Shown here one piece after another: positions 55,530-60,448 of a DNA stretch of 60,448 nt (within the stretch, counting starts at the first letter, position 1; each line of letters opens with the position of its first letter). The stretch spans positions 1 to 60,448 of IMG/VR virus record IMGVR_UViG_3300025099_000002; one strand, written 5' to 3'. The position numbers were made by a program, and so were the translations under genes. This stretch comes from a virus. Lineage: Duplodnaviria > Caudoviricetes. The notes beneath the pieces are model-generated. The model did no database searches, was not told the origin of the DNA, and saw only the letters and a program-made list of their open reading frames with translations.

Positions 55530-56426
55530 TTATTTATCATACTGTGAACGAACTAATGTTCTGTGTAAATTATCTTGTGCTAAGTTTCTTAACGCTTTAC
55601 TATTATCTTCTATAACACCATCTTGTAGTGTAATTGTTTCTTCGTATTTACCACCTTCTATAACTGTACCGTAGTAACTATCTAGTGTACCTGTAGCAGC
55701 TAACTGTTGCATCATAGCGAGTTGTTGTGTTGGGTTAGCTATTTGTTCTGCTGCACCAGCTACAGACAGTGCTTTCTCTAGTTTTAACTCTTCCTGCTCT
55801 TCTTCTTCTTTAGCTTCTTGTTCTTTCTTTTCTTCTTCTTGTTCCTCTGTCTTACGGTCTAGTTGATATTTTACCCATTCATCGTAATAAGGATCAGTTA
55901 TATCTGGTTCATTGTCTAGTAATCCATTGTCTAGTAGATATTGATACAAAGCATCTTTAAAGTCTGGACAACTAGGATCAGCTAAAGGTATAAAACAAGG
56001 ATCAAACTTGTAGTTGTACGCTATTGTTACATCACTTAGTGTTGCGTCTCCTGTTACACCTACGTTACCTTCACCCCACGATGTACCTAAAGAAGGTGTA
56101 ACTAAATCAAAACCTATCTTAGTACTACTAGGTAACTTATCCCAGTTATCGTGTCTTTCGTATATATTACCTGAAGCCTTTAAGTTTTTATTTGTAATAG
56201 ATACTGTTGCGTTTGCATCTGTTTCTTTATTTATTGTGTACTGGTGATATACACCTTGTACTTTTAACCCAGCTTCAGGTGGCAGAACATCCGTCATATT
56301 CCATCTAAATGAGTTTTTAGCTACGTTATCTGTTCTACCGTATATTAAGTCAGAGTATGAATAAGAGGGCAAGCAACAACCCACCGATAGCACCAGCACC
56401 TGTAGCGGTACTCTTAGTGTCATCAT
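55530..56426 (-). CDS. Exported protein with acidic coiled segment (start revised to 56426/56423)
   Basis: AAGGAGG RBS before ATGATG; signal-like VLVLSVGCCLPSYSYS; DPC..PL.DPSCP motif. Confidence 0.6.
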   Translation of the reverse strand: MMTLRVPLQVLVLSVGCCLPSYSYSDLIYGRTDNVAKNSFRWNMTDVLPPEAGLKVQGVYHQYTINKETDANATVSITNKNLKASGNIYERHDNWDKLPSSTKIGFDLVTPSLGTSWGEGNVGVTGDATLSDVTIAYNYKFDPCFIPLADPSCPDFKDALYQYLLDNGLLDNEPDITDPYYDEWVKYQLDRKTEEQEEEKKEQEAKEEEEQEELKLEKALSVAGAAEQIANPTQQLAMMQQLAATGTLDSYYGTVIEGGKYEETITLQDGVIEDNSKALRNLAQDNLHRTLVRSQYDK

Positions 56427-56952
56427 CCCATTCCTCCTTCTTACCTGTTTTAGCACCAGGTATTAGATGTGCGTTATTATTCCACGCTTCTTTAGCTGGT
56501 TTACCTACAAGTCCATCGTATGGGCAAGGTGTACCTGCATTCATCATGGAATCAAATATTCTTTTGTCTTGACACATTACAGATACAGCAGCTACTTTCA
56601 TGCCCATATCGTAAAGAACCTTAGCATTCTTTAGTCTTTCACAGTTCATGTCTCTGACTGTAGCACCTGCACTTATACCTAATATCTGTGTTTGTACTGC
56701 TCCTGATACACCTACAGTACATAAGTCTGAGTTAGACATATTAATACTAGGTGACATAGCTGAAGGTGGCGGTGATTTAACTGTAGTCTCAGACTTTAAG
56801 TTAGAGTTAACTGTAGAGTTTGTGTTACTGTTTGTCTCTATACAGTTAGAATTAGTAGTGCTATCACATGGCTCACCGTATGCTTCTTTAGCCATTAATG
56901 CTATGACACCTATAAAAGCTGCCCAACATAGGTATATTAGTATTTTTCTCAC
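56350..56952 (-). CDS. Exported or membrane protein (signal peptide + C-terminal TM anchor)
   Basis: PPPSAMSP...DLC..GVSGAVQT...NCERLK...GMKVAAVSVMCQD...GTPCP; C-terminal GGLLLALLFIL. Confidence 0.65.
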   Translation of the reverse strand: MRKILIYLCWAAFIGVIALMAKEAYGEPCDSTTNSNCIETNSNTNSTVNSNLKSETTVKSPPPSAMSPSINMSNSDLCTVGVSGAVQTQILGISAGATVRDMNCERLKNAKVLYDMGMKVAAVSVMCQDKRIFDSMMNAGTPCPYDGLVGKPAKEAWNNNAHLIPGAKTGKKEEWDDDTKSTATGAGAIGGLLLALLFIL

Positions 56953-56955
56953 TAG

Positions 56956-57201
56956 TTATTCCCCATTAAATGTCATCCATACTGCACCAGCTATAAAGGT
57001 AAGAGTAGCAACAGTAAATATTTTAACTGTAGTATTCCATATAGACTTACGTGTATCTCTCCACGCATCCAGTAAAGATCTCATTTCTTGTATGTCTCTA
57101 GCTGCATTCTCATCAGTTAAACCTATGCTCTCTAAAGCACGTTTAGCTGATCTGTCTAGCATAGCCTCTAGTTCTTCTGGGCTTAACTTTAGTTCTGACA
57201 T
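56956..57201 (-). CDS. Small membrane protein (DUF6127-like, holin-type)
   Basis: AKRALESIGL.DE.A..D..E.RSLLDAWR plus a C-terminal TM. Confidence 0.55.
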   Translation of the reverse strand: MSELKLSPEELEAMLDRSAKRALESIGLTDENAARDIQEMRSLLDAWRDTRKSIWNTTVKIFTVATLTFIAGAVWMTFNGE

Positions 57202-57215
57202 AGTAAACCCTTATA

Positions 57216-57461
57216 TTAAGATGCAGTGTAACCTTTACCTGCTGTAATTGCATTGGTGGTTGCTGTCATAGACTCGCTACCCCAGTCTGACTTAGCTTTC
57301 ATTAGCTCAAGGTGTGCTACATTTCTGTCTACACAACCTTGTCTTGCTTCTTTTGCTTCATCAGCCATACTGTTACCAGCTATTACAGCAGTAATAAGGT
57401 CTATTGAGTGACCCATCGCTGCGTAATCTTGTGCTAGTTCTTCTGTTGTTCTGTCTGCCAT
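57216..57461 (-). CDS. Small protein after a fibre gene, probable assembly chaperone
   Basis: AQDYAAMGHS...RNVAHLELM. Confidence 0.5.
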   Translation of the reverse strand: MADRTTEELAQDYAAMGHSIDLITAVIAGNSMADEAKEARQGCVDRNVAHLELMKAKSDWGSESMTATTNAITAGKGYTAS

Positions 57462-57466
57462 TTTAT

Positions 57467-59398
57467 TTATCCTTCTAGTGTTGCCACTCTTGCAGTAAGT
57501 GCTTCAATTAATGCGTTCTGTTCTTGAATCGCTTTTACGAGGATTGGTACAAACTTGCTGTACTGTAGACCCATTTGTTTACCATCACCTGATGTAGATA
57601 CAGTAAGGTTTTTCTTAGCGGCAGTTGTATATCCTGCGGCTTCTTCAAGTGCTTGAACTTCTTGTGCCTTAAAGCCTATGTCCAACCAGTCTTCTTTATG
57701 TGTTCCGTCTGGAGACTGTGCGTTAAGGTCATAACCATCAGCAGTCTTATCACCATACTTGCTACGTTTATCCCACTTATATGTTACAGGTGCTAGTGCC
57801 TTAACAAAATTTAAACCTAAGTCTAAAGCTGTAAAGTCTGTCTTGTCACGTTGGTCAGAAGCTACAGTCCAGTCTACTTGGATGTGTGCGCCATCAACGT
57901 TTTCATCACCTATACATATTTTATGATTGTCATTATTTACTTCACCTCCAGGACTTCCTGACCTACCAGCATCATTTCCCAGCAAGGTATTATTACCGCC
58001 TGTAGTTAAACCTATTCCAGCAGCACTACCAACCGCAGTGTTATTATTACCAGTAGTGGCATCGTCACCAGCCTGTAATCCAATATAAGTATTTTCTGCC
58101 CCTGTGGTTACTGACGACCCTGCTTGGTCTCCAACTGCTGTGTTACTAGCAGAAGAAGTTAATGCTCCTAGTGCATTGTGACCAAGAGCCGTGTTGTTTG
58201 TTCCTGTCGTACAAGTAGTTAAAGCATTTTTCCCAAAAGCACAGTTTGTATCGCCTGTAGTAATAGCATCACCTGCTAATGCCCCAACAAGTGTGTTGTT
58301 ATCTCCTGTGGTAATTAACATTCCTGTTGTTCTACCAACGCAAGTGTTGTAACCAGCTGTGGTCATTGTTTTGCCAGCTTCTCTTCCAATGGCAACATTG
58401 TATTGACCTGTTGTAAGTGAGCCTAATGCGTTGTTACCCATTGCAACATTCTGACCGCCTGTAGTAATTGCGTCACCAGAACCTGCACCTACAAGAGTAT
58501 TTTCTGTACCTGTGGTTATAGATTTACCAGATTCTTGTCCTACAGCAGTATTATTTTCTGCGGTAGTTAAAGCGTCTAAAGCACTTTTCCCAACAGCAAC
58601 ATTGTAATTCCCAGTTGTACAGTAGTACATTGCCGCAGTTCCAACAGCAACATTATGTTGTCCAGTCGTGTTTGTAAATAAAGCATCTCTGCCGACTGCT
58701 GTGTTGTGGTCTGAAGTAGTGGTATTTCCTCCTGCTCTATTACCAATAAAAGTGTTGCTATCTCCTGTTGTCAAATCTTTACCAGCACTATGACCCACAG
58801 CGGTATTAAGTGTACCAGTCGTATTTGCGTACATTGCATCTCTACCAATAGCAGTATTACTACTTGCGGTAGTATTTGTGAATAACGCACCTTCTCCCAC
58901 CGCAGTATTTTGTGCGCCTGTTGTGGTACTAGAACCAGAGGCTTGCCCAACAAAAGTGTTTGAAGCTCCAGTTGTAACTGCATCACCAGATAAACCGCCA
59001 ACGAAGGTGTTGTTTGTCGCTGTGGTTACTTCAACCCCTGCTCTTGCTCCAACTGCTGTGTTATAAACATCTGTTGCAGATGTAAAGTTTTGATTTGCTA
59101 ATGCGGATCTACCAATTGCAACTGAATTACTACCAAGCGTATCAGCACTAAGAGATTCAGAGCCTAATGCTGTGTTTTTAGTTCCAGTAGTTATAGCATC
59201 ACCTGAGCGATAACCTAATACAGTATTCTCATCACCAGTAGTAATCGCAGTACCAGCTTCATCTCCTAATGTAACATTAAAATTACCACCACTAGCAATA
59301 CTATTTCCTGCGTTGACACCTGCCCTATAGTTGCTTGTACCCAGTGTAGTTGTAGCAGGTTGGGTACGTACTGCTGCTAAATCTCTTGACCTACTCAT
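57467..59398 (-). CDS. Tail fibre with 14-aa TTGxxNTxxG repeats and S74-like chaperone domain
   Basis: MSRSRDLA start, more than 30 repeats, SDQRDKTD...PVTYKW...GFKAQEV...YSKFVPILVKAIQE. Confidence 0.8.
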   Translation of the reverse strand: MSRSRDLAAVRTQPATTTLGTSNYRAGVNAGNSIASGGNFNVTLGDEAGTAITTGDENTVLGYRSGDAITTGTKNTALGSESLSADTLGSNSVAIGRSALANQNFTSATDVYNTAVGARAGVEVTTATNNTFVGGLSGDAVTTGASNTFVGQASGSSTTTGAQNTAVGEGALFTNTTASSNTAIGRDAMYANTTGTLNTAVGHSAGKDLTTGDSNTFIGNRAGGNTTTSDHNTAVGRDALFTNTTGQHNVAVGTAAMYYCTTGNYNVAVGKSALDALTTAENNTAVGQESGKSITTGTENTLVGAGSGDAITTGGQNVAMGNNALGSLTTGQYNVAIGREAGKTMTTAGYNTCVGRTTGMLITTGDNNTLVGALAGDAITTGDTNCAFGKNALTTCTTGTNNTALGHNALGALTSSASNTAVGDQAGSSVTTGAENTYIGLQAGDDATTGNNNTAVGSAAGIGLTTGGNNTLLGNDAGRSGSPGGEVNNDNHKICIGDENVDGAHIQVDWTVASDQRDKTDFTALDLGLNFVKALAPVTYKWDKRSKYGDKTADGYDLNAQSPDGTHKEDWLDIGFKAQEVQALEEAAGYTTAAKKNLTVSTSGDGKQMGLQYSKFVPILVKAIQEQNALIEALTARVATLEG

Positions 59399-59401
59399 CT
59401 A

Positions 59402-60448
59402 TTATGCTCCTTCTAGTGCTGCTAGTCTGTCAGCTAGTGCCTTATTCTCTGCGGATAGTTCTTGTACTGCTTTTACTAATACAGGTATTACTGCTGCTTC
59501 ACCAACTCTTTGTTGGCTAGTAGGGTCATCATCATCCCACATACTAAAACCATCTTTAATATCGCTGTGTTTATCAATAGCTGCTTTAACTTCTTGAGCT
59601 ATAAAGCCGTGTTGAGATTTAGAGTTTTTATAAACTTCTGTAGAACCTTCTTCATAACCTTTAAAGTTTTTAGGTAAATCACCTTTGTTTTTATAATTAA
59701 AAGTTACTGGCCTAAGATCGTTGATAAAGGCTAAACCTACAGTAGCATCTTCAATATCTTTTTTAACTCTTTCATCTGATACAGTTGCCCATGTTACGTT
59801 ACCGTGTGCAGCTCTAATGTCATCATTTACTTTTCCTAAAGTTGTATATCCTGCTTCTCCAGAAACAGAGTAACCTAAAACATTAGCAGCATCACCATCT
59901 GCTGCTGCTACATTAGCTAAAGCACCAATAATCACATTTTGTTCACCAGTGGTACAGCTTTCACCTGTACTTTTACCTACAAAAGTATTATTTGGACCTG
60001 TTGTAACTGAATCACCAGCCTCAGAGCCAACAAAAGTATTATCTGCTCCAGTAGTGACAGCAGTACCAGCTTTATTACCTAAAAAGGTGTTTTCATTTCC
60101 ACTTGTTGTAGCTTTCCCTGCACGTCTGCCAACAAAAGTATTGTCGTGACCTGTCATAGTAGCACCGCCACCAGCTTCATAGCCAATAAGCACACAATCA
60201 TCTATAGTAGTTGCTGCTTTTCCAGCAGCAGTTCCCATCATAACGTTTCTTGCACCTGTGGTTAATGCTTCTCCTGTTCCACCTACTACTCCAGACTCAC
60301 TACCACCGACTAATATATTGGCGTTACCTGTCGTAACATTAACACCAACATCCGCTCCCACAAAAGTATTATCTCCACCTGTTGTAATACCTGTTCCTGT
60401 GTTGTACCCAAACATTGTATTTTTACTAGCAGTTGTAACAGCATCACC
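59402..60448 (-). CDS. Tail fibre, C-terminal part (N-terminus at 1-1036), with S74-like chaperone domain
   Basis: SDERVKKDI...LRPVTFNYK...HGFIAQEV...VLVKAVQEL. Confidence 0.85.
   Translation of the reverse strand, partial: GDAVTTASKNTMFGYNTGTGITTGGDNTFVGADVGVNVTTGNANILVGGSESGVVGGTGEALTTGARNVMMGTAAGKAATTIDDCVLIGYEAGGGATMTGHDNTFVGRRAGKATTSGNENTFLGNKAGTAVTTGADNTFVGSEAGDSVTTGPNNTFVGKSTGESCTTGEQNVIIGALANVAAADGDAANVLGYSVSGEAGYTTLGKVNDDIRAAHGNVTWATVSDERVKKDIEDATVGLAFINDLRPVTFNYKNKGDLPKNFKGYEEGSTEVYKNSKSQHGFIAQEVKAAIDKHSDIKDGFSMWDDDDPTSQQRVGEAAVIPVLVKAVQELSAENKALADRLAALEGA
60322..60448. repeat. Copy of positions 1-127
   Basis: Exact identity. Confidence 0.95.

Noticed and set aside
59230-59345. 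Diversity-generating retroelement TR/VR pair with 574-690
   Set aside because: There is no reverse transcriptase, the mismatches are not adenine-specific and are mostly synonymous, and the block is not at a C-terminal variable region.

Overview
This window is a complete, circularly permuted dsDNA phage genome of about 60,321 bp. Positions 1-127 are identical to 60322-60448, which looks like an assembly overlap. Gene content and order fit a marine HMO-2011-type podovirus of Alphaproteobacteria (SAR116/Roseobacter group). The hallmarks are a family-A DNA polymerase with an inserted DnaJ-like CxxCxGxG zinc domain, a tyrosine recombinase directly upstream of primase and helicase, a class II ribonucleotide reductase, and no RNA polymerase gene. 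The plus strand (about 25.2-43.9 kb) carries the early and replication genes. The minus strand carries lysis and small basic proteins, terminase, portal, scaffold, capsid, tail adaptor and nozzle, five fibre or receptor-binding proteins, a cassette of six exported proteins, an HlyC-like acyltransferase and the ejection proteins. Features that ordinary gene calls do not explain: (1) five copies of a CGAGGT-N4-ACCTCG palindrome/hairpin in front of early genes; (2) a highly structured capsid mRNA leader and a scaffold leader sharing four C(U)AC/CC internal loops; (3) a pilin/chaperone-like secreted cassette; (4) an RTX-type acyltransferase abutting an MGGSS-starting ejection protein; (5) an unannotated DUF1127-like micro-gene with its own promoter, LysR-type box and RBS-occluding hairpin; (6) shared terminal GLMSR and xxGG peptide motifs. 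All calls come from reading motifs by eye; no database searches were run.
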